This document shows, piece after piece, positions 13,753 to 27,840 of a DNA stretch of 64,000 nt. This DNA is from Amphiscolops sp. MND2022 (lineage: Eukaryota), in the NCBI GenBank assembly GCA_964187785.1, contig OZ076409.1:8372001-8436000 (forward strand), written 5' to 3'. Position numbers and translations under genes: made by a program. The notes beneath the pieces were generated by a model that was not told the DNA's origin, ran no database searches, and worked only from the letters and a program-made list of their open reading frames with translations. Every line of letters begins with the position of its first letter. The stretch's first letter is position 1.

Positions 13753-16700
13753 ATGTCCTTAACAAAAACCTATTTACCTTTTCAAACCCCCATCATTAAA
13801 AATGCAAAAGTTGTAAAATTAGAACTAAACCCATTCCTACAAAACATTATTTCACATTATACACAACCACTCCCATTTGAAAATGAACCACACACAATTG
13901 AAACAATCCCTCTTATTAGAGAACATTTGGACACATACCTTTTTTATATTAGATACAAAGTTTTAACAATCACCGAAGAATACCCAACTTTTCAAATCTC
14001 CTTTCTTCCACAAAAACTTAATTCATCTCATATATACAGAAGAACAATAAATCCAATAAACCTTCAAGTTCCTATTAAACAAGTTTTTCATGCTTTTCTA
14101 AACAATGTAAAAGACCACAACTTAGCACAGGAAATTCCAAAATTTAGTCCAAATGCACTCGACGATCTTCAACGATACATAGACAATTTCGACGTAGAAA
14201 TTATCGAAAGATTAGTTAATGCTGAAGATAATCCCCATCATTGGTTACAAGCTGATATATTACGAATTCAAAATTTCATCTACCATTACTTCAAAGACTT
14301 AACATTAAATGACCAAACAATTCCTCAGATCAAAGTAATATCTTTATTTCTCAGAAAATACTTCAGATTTAATTATCAACTATTATGGTCACAACAAGAT
14401 CAATCTGCTTTTACAGCATTTCCAGATCATTTTACATTAGAAGAATGTTTACCATTCATCATCAGTGAACAAAATGAACATCATTACTTTCATAAACCAC
14501 ATTCAATTACAAAACAAACCTTAGATTACATACGTTTCGATCCTCTATTAATTACAGAAAATGATCTATTCGCTGACAATAGACCTTACCACTATGAACA
14601 AAATTCTCAAAATCAACAAAATTGACATTTTAACACTAACAATTCTACTGAAGATGATAACACCGATCAGGAAAATACAACCCAACAACAAAATCAACCT
14701 GAAAACTATAACGATAATGAGTTTACTACCCAAGAATCTACAATTTCAACACATAATCCATCACAAACAGGGACATCAACATCAGTACATACTCAATCCT
14801 TTAGAGTTCCCACTAGAGTTGTAAACCAAAGACAAACTACACATAGTCCTCAATCTCACTTAGCTACATCTCCAAACCGTAATATAACTTTTAACCTTCC
14901 ACATACAGATGACACACACGATGAAACCCATGATACATTCCAGGATGATATTCTAACTACATCTAGTGTTCAGAATACTTCTGTTAATGTTGCATCTCCA
15001 ACAAGAACTAATCCTGATTATACAAGATACATTACTCGATCTAGATTTGATCCTCCATCAATTCCCTCCGCCTTTCGCTCAAACAGATCGACCTCTTCCA
15101 ACAACAATTTTAATGATAATCCCCAAACTTCCAACCGATATTACGATCCGTTTAATTATAACTTTTATCCTCCATCAAATACAACTACCAATACAAATAT
15201 CAACCAACATCACTCTCAAATTAATACAACTTCAACAACACAAAACCCCTTCATACAATTATCAAATACCAATACTTCACAGAATATATATTCTCGAAAT
15301 CAAGGAACCTCGTATCCTTCCACTTCTTATTCTAATATCACACAGGATTCTCAAAGGAGACTTCATAACCCTCCACTTACACATATACCAACTGATCCTC
15401 TGTATCAAATGCATCCAAATCCAACTCCTAACCCTAATTCAAATCCATTACCACAAAATACAATCCAACATATACCTCCACCACTCACACAACAATTAGC
15501 TCCTCCACCCCAATATTTACCAATGCCACAAGATACTTTTATAAACATGTCCGCTTCAATACCAGAACCTATGAAACCTTTTGATGGTTTGGACCATTCT
15601 TACACCCCCGAAGAATATCTACAACAAGTCGAAGCAAGATTAACCTTCGCCATAGGTGAAGAGCCTCAAAATAATCCTATAAAATACAAATCTTGGCACA
15701 ACAGACGCATGGCTTACATACAATGTTCATTAACAGGAACAGCTCTCGATTGGTACACTAACCTCCATATATCATATAAACAACAATGGAATTCTTTTGT
15801 ACAATTATTCAAAAAACAATTCTCATCTCAAAAAACTGCTTACTACGCTCAAGTAGAAGCTATGTCACTCATGAAAAAGGATAATGAAACAGTTCGCCAC
15901 TTCGCCCTTAGAGTACAACAAATAGTTAAAAAGGGATGGTGTAATGAAAATGCAGCTACCATAAATCTCAAAAATTATGAAATCTTTACAAAAGGGTTAC
16001 CAAAGAAGTTAAAAAATTTTGCCCATAAATGACAAGTTAAACATGTATCAACATTACTTGAACCTTCAATACCATTTCATACACTTTTTAGACTTGTCGA
16101 TTCTGAAGATATTGTTAATGAAAAAATTATAACTAACGACTTAGCTCTAGAAATAAACAAAGTATCGCTTGAAGATGATACTAACAAAAAAGAATTTGAA
16201 CATGAAGATCAGATAATGGTTACTCAATCTGGAGACCCAAATAACAAAAGCAAACCAGCGTATAGAAAATATTGTTTCTATTGTCACAAAAATAATCATA
16301 GTATTTCAAATTGTTATCAAGAACAACGTGATGACGAATACCAGAAATACAATAACCAAAGATCACGAACTCCTCAACAATCCTTTGTACAATATTTTCG
16401 CAGTAAACCTAATAATCCTCAAGAAAATCGAAATGACAATACAAATCCTTACTCCTCAGATAATGATCGTAATAAATATAATCAAAATTACTATAATGAT
16501 AGATACAGAAACAATGATAGATATCGTAGCAATAGTAGAGAATATTCGCAAAACAACTATAGATCAAACTCTCGACAAAGATATTATAATCGATCCCGAA
16601 GTCCGTATAGATCTCGATTTGATAATTATTATCAAAGAAGAACTCCATCTAGATCTCCATATAGATCTCCATACAGAAATAACTCAAAATACAGATATAA

Positions 16701-16926
16701 TTCTCGCTCAAGATACAGATCTCGTTCTCAATCACAAGGAAACTCCTTCAAACGATATAATTATCCACATAGATCTCCATCAAGACCTAGAGATTTTAGA
16801 TCAAGATCTAGAACACCCTCAAGAAACAGACAACAAAACAGAATAAATCAAGTAGACGTTAAATCTGCAAAAGAAAATGATTGTACAAAATTTGAAATTC
16901 ACACCTGTCAAATAACAAATAGCTAA
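13753..16926 (+). pseudogene. gag: Very long gag (~1,050 codons, internal stops at 14623 and 16030)
   Basis: ORFs 13753, 15409 and 16216 share one frame, and 14626-15408 is stop-free. Capsid-like MKPFDG...LTGTALDWY...F, CCHC knuckle CFYCHKNNHSISNC, RS-rich tail. Confidence 0.85.
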
Positions 16927-19900
16927 TACAATCACTCCTTATAGTTGGTTTTATCCACTATATATTCACGCTTCTGAAACAAATGATAACATATTACCTT
17001 CAAAATAGGAAATCTTATTCCTCTTAGATACTGGAGCATCCATATCTGTTTTGAATTTACCAACATTTCATGTAATTTCCAAACAATTAAACATCAATGT
17101 TCCAACTAACCTCCAAAACAAAAGAGCCAAAACTCTTACAGTTGCAAACCAAACTGAAGTACCAATAATACATTATATTTCGATGACCTGTTTCACTGAA
17201 GTAAATCACAAAACACGATCATTCAATATCGATTTTGACGTTGCAAATATCAAATACAACATTCTTGGAACACCCTTTTTCAAAAAGCACATCCAAAATA
17301 TTGCTTTTCAACAAAATATTATGACATACATAGAACAACATCCAAAGCTTCCAACAAAAACAACATTTTCCACCTTTACAGAAAAAGATTACCCATATAC
17401 TTCTTACATTTATACTATTAAATGTAAGGAACCAATTCACTTTAAACCAAGGTCAGGAAAAACCATAGATTTCCCAATTAAAAACTATTTAAATTTACAT
17501 TTTGAACTTGAAGATAATACAAAATTCTATCCAACAAACCCATATACATATTTCTTACAAAAATTCAAAAATATCTTTCATTTCTTAGATATGATAGTCA
17601 ATGAAAAAAGCAAAGACTCATGTGCAACCATAATTCAAAACTTTACATCTTACCTAGCTACATTACCACGAGGAATTATTGGATATATAGAAATACCTAT
17701 TACTCAAACAACTCCTCCTCACTACAGAGTTAACGATGTAAATTCACTTTTTTCACTCTGTAATACATGCGTATCACCCTGATACCACAACTCCGATTCA
17801 ACAAAATTCTTATGTAGATATGAACTTATGTACTAGGGTAACACCACAATCCCTATTAGAAATTAACAAGATAGAAATCAACGACAAAACACTTCAACTT
17901 CCTATACCTTCTGTTACTGGAAACCTTCGACCCTGAGATAAAATTCGAAAAGATTTCCCTCCATTACCCTATTCTACAGAAAATCAACAATTCAAAAAAA
18001 AGTTCAATTTTGAATACTCAGATTTAACCGATACAGAAAATGTAAACCTCTGCAATATTCTGATTAATAACCAAAATTGTTACGCCAAACATAAGAACGA
18101 CGTAGGAAAGATTTCTACTCCCTTTCGAATTAGAATAAAAGATAATTGTAAACTTCACACACAAAGACCTTCTAAAGTACCTATTCACTATAGAGATAGA
18201 CTAAATAAACTTTTATTAGAACTTGAAAAATACAACATCATAAAACAAATTGGTTCAACAACAGATGAAAAACATACTATTGGAACAACATTTTTCAACC
18301 CTTTAATTATTATCCCAAAAGGAGACGCAATAAAAGTTGTCTTAGACGCAAGACATCTAAACTCAAACACTAACCAAGAACTTGAATCTTGGCCTATTGA
18401 ACCTTTAGCTCCTCAATTAGCTAGAGCCAATAAAAAATACAAATCAACTACTGATCTAATGTATGCATATGCTCATACACCATTAGACGAAGAAACAATT
18501 AAACTTACAGGATTTTCATCCGGTGACAAATTATACGCCTTTATCCGTGGATCTTATGGATTAAAAGGACTTCCAAACTTTTTTTACAAAACAAATGTCA
18601 ACTTTCTTTAGATCGCTTATAGACAAACGTTCTGCGTTAGTTTATATCGATGATATTTTATTACTCGCAAACGAAAAACAAGAAATATTTGAACTTATAA
18701 AAGAATTACATACAATAGCATCTCGAGAAAATCTCAAACCTGCACCTGAAAAATCATTCTACATGTTACTCAAAGTAAAATTCCTTGGACATGAAATTGG
18801 TAACAACACAATTAAACCAATTCCATCCAAAATTGAAGCTATTAAAAGAATTCCATCACCAAAAGAAAAGAAAGATGTTATGCAAATTCTTGGCCGTGTT
18901 AACTTTTATTCAAAATTTATTGAAAAGCTTCATATAAACCTTAAACCATTGTATACATTACTACATGATGATGTTAAATTTCAATGGACACCTGAATTAG
19001 AAAAAATATTTCAAAATGTTAAAAATACAATGACAGCAAACACTGAATTAACAATACCCAACACCACGCATCCATTTTTCATAACAGTAGATGCTTCGTT
19101 AGTAGGTTTAGGCGCAGTCTTATTCCAAATGAACAAAGAAAACAAGATGAAAGTAATCTCTTATAACTCCAGAATTCTTAACACACAAGAACAAAAACTT
19201 TCAACTTTAGATAGAGAACTTCTTGCAATAGTTTACGCACTGCAAATATATGAATTTTTGATCATTGGATCTCCTCATCCTGTATACCTCTTCACAGATC
19301 ACAAGCCTTTACTACATTGTTTCGCAAAGAAAGGAAATCTTAGTCCTAGATTCTATAGAGCACAAATGCAACTAACCAAATTCTCCAAACTAAAAATCAT
19401 TCATACCCCTGGAAAAAATTTAACTGTAGCAGATACGCTTTCACGAACCTTTACAAAAGAACAGTTACAAGTACACCAATTACGACACAAACAATTACCA
19501 CCTCAAATAGATTTCTCTATCATGAAAGATAATCAACTCAAACCAGTACATTATTTAGTAAAACATGAAGAAATAAAATATAATCAAAAGAATGATTGTC
19601 ATCCTATCCTTGCTGACTACAGAGACGACCAATTCTCTATCCGTATAAATAACAAAGGAGAAGAAATACACATAAAGCCTTTAGATTCCTTCTCTTTTCA
19701 ATCTATTGTTCCAATCGAATCAAAATATAAAAAGCCTACAAAAAACCAAGCAAAATCTCTTTTACAACAATCGACAATTCTTAATGATACTGACATTCTT
19801 AGTGATGAAGATGAAATAACTCAATCAAATAATATCCAACAACAAAACTCAGACATAGTAAAAGAACACACCCTTGCTATACAATATCCTACCAAATCCG

Positions 19901-21798
19901 ACTATTGTAAACAACAAGTTCCATTTTTTGATCCATCCTTTTTCAAATACAAAAAATATTTTAATTACTTCTTCCTACCAGAAGGTACACAAATAACCAT
20001 TGAAACAATAAAAGCTCAACAAAACCAAGATACTGTTTTACAAAACGTTTACCAATGGATACTTAATAATGAAAGACCCTTACAAATAGACAAATAGACC
20101 CAACAATTGCAGCTAACTCTTTCTTATTATTATATTACAAAATCTTCAACCAGTTATATATTAATCATGATACAAAAATTATCTACATAGATTATCCTAA
20201 TCTTCACGATTCCAACCCGAATCAAAGTGACAAAATATGTCTACCAATTAAACTTTTCCACGCAGCTTTTAACAAATTTCATGCTCATGGACATTCAGAA
20301 ATAAAAATATCCATCAAAGCTTTCAACCAATTTTACTTCATACCGTACTTGAATAAATGGATGTCAATATTCATCCATGATTGCATTGAATGCCAACAAA
20401 ATAAACATATTAACCAAAAATTACAAACTGCATCTGTACAAACCTTCTCAGAAAATGCTTCATATTTTAATTACCGAATATCAATGGATACAAAAGGACC
20501 TATAAACCCACCATCAAATCAAAATTCATACATTCATGTTATAGTAGACGCTTTTAGTCACTTTGTAGTAACAGTACCTATAAAACAAAAGAATGCTCAA
20601 ATTGCTGTTAACTCATTACTACATCATTGGATAACAAAATTTGGACCTCCTGTATATCTAGTTACCGACTGTGGAACAGAATACATTAATTCAGAATTTG
20701 CAAATCTTTGTACCACAATGGGAATTAGACTTTCAACAAGAACTCCTTATGCACCATGGACAAATGGTTTAGTTGAAAATCAAAACAGAAATCTTGGAAC
20801 TCATCTCAGACTTTTCTTACATATCACTCCAGAAAAATTGGTCAACTCAAGTTCATATGTATGCTTATGCACATAATTCACAACCACTTTCTGAAGTAAA
20901 CTTATCTCCATATGAAATAGTATTCCATACTATACCCAGAATTCCAATCAACTTTGAACTCAATCTCCAAAGAAATACATATAGAAATTGTACTTCTCAA
21001 TATTGTCAAGAATTACCACTTCATACACACTATGACAAATCAAATCTAAACCCTTTCTTTCATACAATTTTATCTAAACCAATTCCACAATGGATCTTAA
21101 CTACTGAAACTGCTATGATACAGATATACCATACGGTATATGAAAACACAAAAAGAAAGATTAATTCCTATGCTTATTTTAACAAAACATATCACAATCC
21201 AAGACCCTTAGATATTGGTACATTTGTACTAAAAAGAAATTTTCTCCATGTTCATTTTTCCGATAAATTAAAACCTCTCAGAATTGGCCCATTCAAAATT
21301 ATTAACAAAATCTCCGACATAACATATGAAATTGTTAATCAAGATGGTTATACATCGCACATACATAGAAATCATTTAATTCCTTATCATCCAAAAGAAC
21401 CAGTTATTTTTCCTTTCCTACAACAATATAATCCTCATTTATTTAATGACTGTCATTCAAATATAAACGATCAAATAATTAACTCTGATGAAGACAAATT
21501 TACTGACGAAGAACAATTTCCTTCCACAACATCTAATAAAGAAACGGATATACCATTCACGATTGACTTACAACCAGAATCATTTAGCCAATATTCTTCA
21601 TTTCCATATAAACAAAAAGAACAAATTTCTCAAAATACCTACCTGGATAACCAATCAGATATTCATGACTATGTTAATTTTATTAATCCCCGAAGACACT
21701 CCTATAATAGATACAATTTCCGCCCACAACCAAGAAAAGACTACCGACTTTTCCTTGGTGAAAACGATATAATTTCACTTTCTCAAAAAACCTGCTGA
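16922..21798 (+). pseudogene. pol: pol: protease, RT, RNase H, integrase (several frameshifts and stops)
   Basis: LLDTGAS (DTG 17027-17035); YIDD 18643-18654; RNase H TVDAS / ELLA / TDHKPL; integrase H..GH...CIEC, MDTKGP, VTD, GLVE; GPF motif. Confidence 0.95.
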
Positions 21799-22186
21799 AA
21801 TACGGAATACAGAAAAAAGCACATAAAGAAAATTTGAAAGAAAAGCAAAAGTTTGAAGCTTACTGTGAAACTGAACAAAAAATATTTCACAAGTGATAAT
21901 AAACGAAAGAAATCGATATGAAACTATATATATTTTATAAATTGAAACAAACTACCTTAACACAAAGATTTCAAAATTGATAGACATATTCACTTGCCAT
22001 CATCAACCACAAATAACTCTTCTTCTAGTTCAACACATTCACACCAAAGATTACCTAAATATACAGCATATTTAAACTCAGATACAGACATACTGGATTC
22101 CTAATCCTCAAATCCCAGTCCATCCGCTCCATATACTCCTGATAGAGTACCAACAACACCCACCAATTCTGAAAATCATATTTCAG

Positions 22187-24417
22187 ACCAAGATCCTAAC
22201 ATTTTAAACTTGATGGTATCTCATTATGATTGTGCAAAACAAAACAACTTAGAACCATGTAAACAAGCACCCTCAGATATACAACACACAAAAACCCAAG
22301 CAACAGTTTATGTTAGAGCAAAAGCTAAAAGAATAAAAGCCTTTAAATGCGAAGCATATATAAAGACTGAGAAAGTCTGGTGTTCACAAACATTCACATC
22401 TAGTAGACGATATGATCGTTTACAATGGGGACAAAACACATTAGAACTTCCAAAAATATTGGACCCTATTGAATGCAAAAATATGATCAGATATTTAAAC
22501 GCGACTGATAGTGAAGAACTAAACAACTACAAAATACAAAGTTCTTTCTCATTGTTCGACGATAGTAATTATCAAAACACAATTGAACGAATTCAGACAC
22601 CATTTAGAGTAAAAAAATTAAATACATGGCATATTGGAACCTTCGTATTTGATGAAAATTATCCTGACTGGATAGTTAATGTTACACAAAATACATACTC
22701 CAGATGTCGATCAGACCGAGAACATTTAATTACCCGACAAAGTTGGAAACTTAGAATTGTTAACACCGCAATAGATTATGACGATAAAAACAATCAATTA
22801 ATACATGACGGACACATATTACCATGTTATCATTCAGACGGATTTTGTAAATCAACGACCAAAACTCCATATACATTAACATGGTTTGATGAAAAATTTT
22901 GCCTCATATTTCAACTTCAAGAATTCATTGGTAGAATGACACGAATCAAAGATAGATATTGGATAGAAACCGATACCTTCATTGAAACTTCAAACATCAC
23001 ATAAAAACTTCAAACCGAAGGAATACAAGGAACAAGATATCCTAATGTAAAAACACCACAATCAAAAGTAAGCAATCCAAGCCTTTCTCGATTTGAAATA
23101 TACCCAATTGCACAAACCTTCTGTGGAAAACCTGAACCATTATTTTCAACACAATACGATGACATCTTTGTTACATACTTAGATGGTTTTGATATGAACA
23201 CAGGATTACCAAAACCACACTCAATAATTGACCAAACAATTAGTGGAAATATAAAATATGATGATTCAAACAAAAGGTATATATTCCCTGCATTGAATAT
23301 ATCAAACAATTTCGCCACTTTAGATTATGATGCCCATATTAATACAAAGATTGATTTCACAATAAATCATGTATTTAAATCCATGACAGTACAAGAACTA
23401 AACACTCTTCATACAATATGTGAACTGGAAAGAACTCAACTATTAACGATCTTAGCTATGTCAGTTAAAAATCCTCAATTAGCCGGTTTTCTTTTAACTG
23501 GAAATCGTAGTAACTTTCTCTAAGTTGAAGGATCTACAGCATGGCTGTATGATTGCCCTCATTTTATATCACCACTATACAAGGCAGACAAATGCTTTGA
23601 TAGAATTCCTATACACTACAGAGAAACGATAATGTATGTTGACCCAATAACAAGACAAACTTTTAACTATGCAACACCAATTGAATGTGGAAATAACCCA
23701 CAAAATGTAATAGAATTAGATCCAGATTCTAACGACGGAGATTTTTATGTGTTAACACCAGAACCACTTCAACGAGAAGCACCACAAATGTTTGAACCTA
23801 CCCAAATTAAAACAACAATCACTCCTAATACATTTACCGCCCAAGATGCCGGTATATACTCAAATGCAGAATTAGATCAATTCTGGAATAGAGTACTATT
23901 TGCTAAACATTCTGACACAACTCTCCAATTACTTGGAAAATCATTAAGCTATGATTTCATCTCAATGCATAATGATAAACACTCATACTCAGGACATAAT
24001 CCCTATAATCATTTAAGGATTGGAGTACATGACCACTTGTTAAACCTTTTACCACTTTTTAACCCTGACTGGTTCAGTCAAGCATTCATTAATTTCTTTA
24101 GATATCCATGTTATGTTTTAACTCAATGTGGAATTTATTTTTCAACATTTCTTTTCATTAGAGAAGTTTTAACATTTTTACTCAAATTCTACAGAACAAT
24201 TAGCATAAAATATAATCTCCAAAGCAACATTTCCATTTTGAGTTCAATAGCTCATGGATTTTTTAATATAGTTACATCGGAAATGGTAACTGATTTAAAC
24301 AATACAGTAAAACGAAAACGGATATATACTAAACACAAAATTACAACAAGTGAAAATGATAATATCCTATTGCCGGAAAAAGAATTAAACAATAAACGAA
24401 GACACTCTGATACTTAG
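22187..24417 (+). pseudogene. env: env-like glycoprotein, class III fusion protein-like (chuvirus G / herpes gB type); in-frame stops at 23002 and 23521
   Basis: ORFs 22210, 23194 and 23632 share one frame. Motifs HYDC..PC..FKC..WC..IEC, then CELERTQL...NPQLAG...WLYDC...KCFDRIPI...YVDPITR...IEC. N-glycosylation sequons; C-terminal TM segment CGIYFSTFLFIREVLTFLL. Confidence 0.8.
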
Positions 24418-24931
24418 TCCCCTTATTTACCTCCTAAATATTCCAGTAAGAATTCAACATTTCAATCACCGCAAAAGACACACCCAACTAATGTAAACGA
24501 TATTAATTCTCAGGACTATGACCCAATAATGTCAAATGTAATAGCTGTACCGGAAAGTCCTGCTAAAGTCTTTATAAAATTCAATCCCTCCTAGCTGAAA
24601 AGCAATAACTTAAAAAACAAATTAACCTCAGAAAAAGTTCAAAAAATTATCAACTAAATTCTTCTCAGTAATAACTTTCATTCAAACCCTAATTCTCACT
24701 CGGACCGGTCTCTCCTTTTCAACTCAACAACAAATTCACTTGCCCACCACAACTCAACTCTCAACCAGAAGACTTCAACTGGATTTTCAGTCCATCTAAA
24801 AGACCGAAATCACAGAAGTTTCTATTCCTGGAATAGATGCCACTGTGATTGTTGATGTTTTCAACCCATCATTGACTCAGTATTCCCATATTGTAAGTAC
24901 AATTTAAACTTTAATTTTAACAAACAATTTA

Positions 24932-26290
24932 ATGGATAGAAAAGACATAACAAAATTTTTCCTTATTATTCGAAATAATATAATCAAACGTTATAATCAT
25001 TATTTTATCGTTATAATTGATGTAGTTAACTCTAATCCCTCTGAATTGCTTGCATCCCCTTTGAATATAACTATTCAAAAAAATGTTAACGAAGATAATA
25101 ACTCTTCTTCCAACTCTCAAGACCCCATAGCAACTAATCCTATTGAACAAGTAGATCATGTTAACGCAAGATCTCAAAAAAGAAAGTACCCAGATATAAC
25201 TGCAGATAAACCTTTTATGGAATCTGGCGCTTGCCCTCCTTTCATAAAACCAATTAAACAAGATGAAGATAGAGATTGTGAATTAGTTCCTATTCTCTCG
25301 TCAAAACACTTCACCTTTCAATCTCAGTTAACTTCGTTATACATGATTCCAACAAAATATAAATTCATCATCAGAGAATTTAAAAATGATTATCATACAT
25401 CAATTGCTTCAAAATTGATTACCCCATATGATTGGTGGTTAAACAATAAAGTGAAAACTTTCTCATTCCAATACAACTTCCTCAGACCATCTCCATATGA
25501 TCTTCGAACCAAAGAAAATGATGCAAATTTTTTGCCATACCAAATCAAAAAGGCTCACCACATGACTTATCAAAAGTTTCTTCAATATAAAGAGCCCGAT
25601 AATTATATATTCTTCATCTCCAAATATACATCGCCATTCACTTTCAACTCAGAATGTTTAATAGATCATACCAAAACAAAAGGAAAACTTAGAAATTATG
25701 ACCCGCTGAAACAAAGTTTTCTCTTCCTTCCAAAAGATAACCCAAAAAGACCAATCATTGTACCACAAGAATACCTCATTCTGAACGACGATTCGTTACT
25801 ACAAGAAGATATACCTCAACATATATCTGATCCTCTTCCTTCACTTCAACATATAGCCTCTCAACCTTTGGGAGACTGTGAAAAATCTTATTTTCACGCA
25901 ATGACCAAAAAGGGATATTCGAATAATGAATTAATTTTCATTATTTCTCATCTGCTTTCACTTCTTACAAATGGAAATCACAAAGAATATAAAAAGGCAA
26001 AACAAGAATCGCCTAAGAAAACCAAAAATGATATTCCTCAACCACAAAGTTTTCGCCCAACAGATGAATTACAGAAATATACAGAAATCCTGAATATCAT
26101 AAAACCGTACCATCATCCGAACCGAGATATTCTTATAACAATCGCTGAAATCGTAAATACCCTTGAACAAGCTCGAAGCATAATACAAAATATCGTATTT
26201 GATACGACAAGAATTAGCCAATCAGCTTTGTGCATTCGCACATCTTTAGACGAATTCAACTACACTATTGAAAAAATGCATCGATCTTAA
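24932..26290 (+). CDS. Uninterrupted 452-aa accessory ORF of unknown function
   Basis: ATG-initiated, stop-free, same strand and A/C-rich codon bias as gag/pol; no motif recognised. Confidence 0.7.
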   Translation: MDRKDITKFFLIIRNNIIKRYNHYFIVIIDVVNSNPSELLASPLNITIQKNVNEDNNSSSNSQDPIATNPIEQVDHVNARSQKRKYPDITADKPFMESGACPPFIKPIKQDEDRDCELVPILSSKHFTFQSQLTSLYMIPTKYKFIIREFKNDYHTSIASKLITPYDWWLNNKVKTFSFQYNFLRPSPYDLRTKENDANFLPYQIKKAHHMTYQKFLQYKEPDNYIFFISKYTSPFTFNSECLIDHTKTKGKLRNYDPLKQSFLFLPKDNPKRPIIVPQEYLILNDDSLLQEDIPQHISDPLPSLQHIASQPLGDCEKSYFHAMTKKGYSNNELIFIISHLLSLLTNGNHKEYKKAKQESPKKTKNDIPQPQSFRPTDELQKYTEILNIIKPYHHPNRDILITIAEIVNTLEQARSIIQNIVFDTTRISQSALCIRTSLDEFNYTIEKMHRS

Positions 26291-26635
26291 TTGGTAATTA
26301 TGGGATAATCACTTTAAAATTGTTTACACTTATTTCTTAATCTCTTAACAACCTATCAAAATTAATTGAGTCTATACGTATATGCCTGCTATGCACGATT
26401 ATAATACATGCTTGATGTTAAAATACACTTTTAAAATAAAATAACACAAAAAATTTCAATCACGACATAAAAATTTTCAACAAAATTCCTCAATTGCTCC
26501 TCCTTTTAATGGACCGATTTCAACAAATAAGTACTTATATGAAAGATATTTAAATACCCTTCAAAAGACTTCCAAAATACAACAACCTAATTCTTAAAAT
26601 TAAAAAGTTATAATATCACAAAGTTCAATAAAAAA

Positions 26636-27289
26636 ATGTCAACTACGAAATTCTATTTTCAAAGGAACTTTATTGTAAACAAACTAATCTATTTTAGGTG
26701 AATATCGTCACAATTGCTTCTGCAGCATTCCTTCCTCCTCTCAGGTCACCCATTCAAGAAGAATTCCAAAGTATCTTCTACAACTTTCAACGAAATTTTC
26801 CCATTCTTCAATATGACAACTATTCATTCTGGCGACATAGACTGCCCGATAGCTCCTTTTCTTTCAATCTCTTCAGCTCGATTGCGATCTTTGATCCTGA
26901 AAAAGCATTTAACGACATTAAATGCGCAGCTTAGAACAGACAAAAAGGCAGACCCACATCTTACAAGGATGATATTGCTTAATATGTTCCAAATATTCCA
27001 AATAACAAGAATAAATTTCGACCAATATCTCCATATTCATAAACCTCCTGACACTTATTCAACCCAACGAGACGCCACTACCCAAACAGAACATACTACC
27101 GTCAAGCCCAAACGTTTAGTACGAAATCTATCCAATAGAATGCGTTCTGAAATGGAAAAACAACGTCTAAATTCTTATTGGCCTTCAGATGATAACGATG
27201 ATACTGACGAAGAACTTCAAAAAGACCCTCCAGAAGCACTTATAGATGATAATTACCCGCACAAAACATATACTTACGTTTCTTTCTAA
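26636..27289 (+). pseudogene. Second accessory ORF (~217 codons, one internal TGA at 26699)
   Basis: ATG 26636 is in frame with ORF 26714..27289; acidic C-terminus. Confidence 0.5.
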
Positions 27290-27840
27290 TATCAACAGAC
27301 GCCATCAACAGCACCCGTCCACTCCCATCTTCGAATCCCACATCTTCAACGATTGATCGTCGCAGATCAGCACCCATCTTCAACTTCATCGCCGCCCAAC
27401 AGTGCCCATCTTCATTCATTTGCTGACCCTTCTTCATCCATCTTCCAATCTTCAATCGTCACCCATCCAATTCTCAGCCGAAGATGATCGATAATTAATA
27501 ATAAAGAAAACTCAAAGAAAAACATTGTGCATGATAACATTTCGAAAAGTTTCAAACTCATCTAATATTTAGAGAATTCAAAACTCTTACCGAAAATATA
27601 CACTATGTAGTTAATATTTCAAATTTCATCCCCACCCACATTTATTTGCCCAAAAATCCTTTATTCACACCCGTACCGATATTTATTTGCTTTATTTTTA
27701 AAGAATATTTAGTAATAATTATTATTTTTCGGTGCTATCCTATCCAAAAAATTCACAAATATTATCAACAAATCTTTCCAAATTTCAACAAAACCAGCTC
27801 AAAAGTAGATCAAGCACATTGTTCAAATCAAATTCGAATA

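Noticed and set aside
14966..16846. ORFs 14966..15499 and 16328..16846
   Set aside because: Shadow frames over gag, kept open by the biased base composition.
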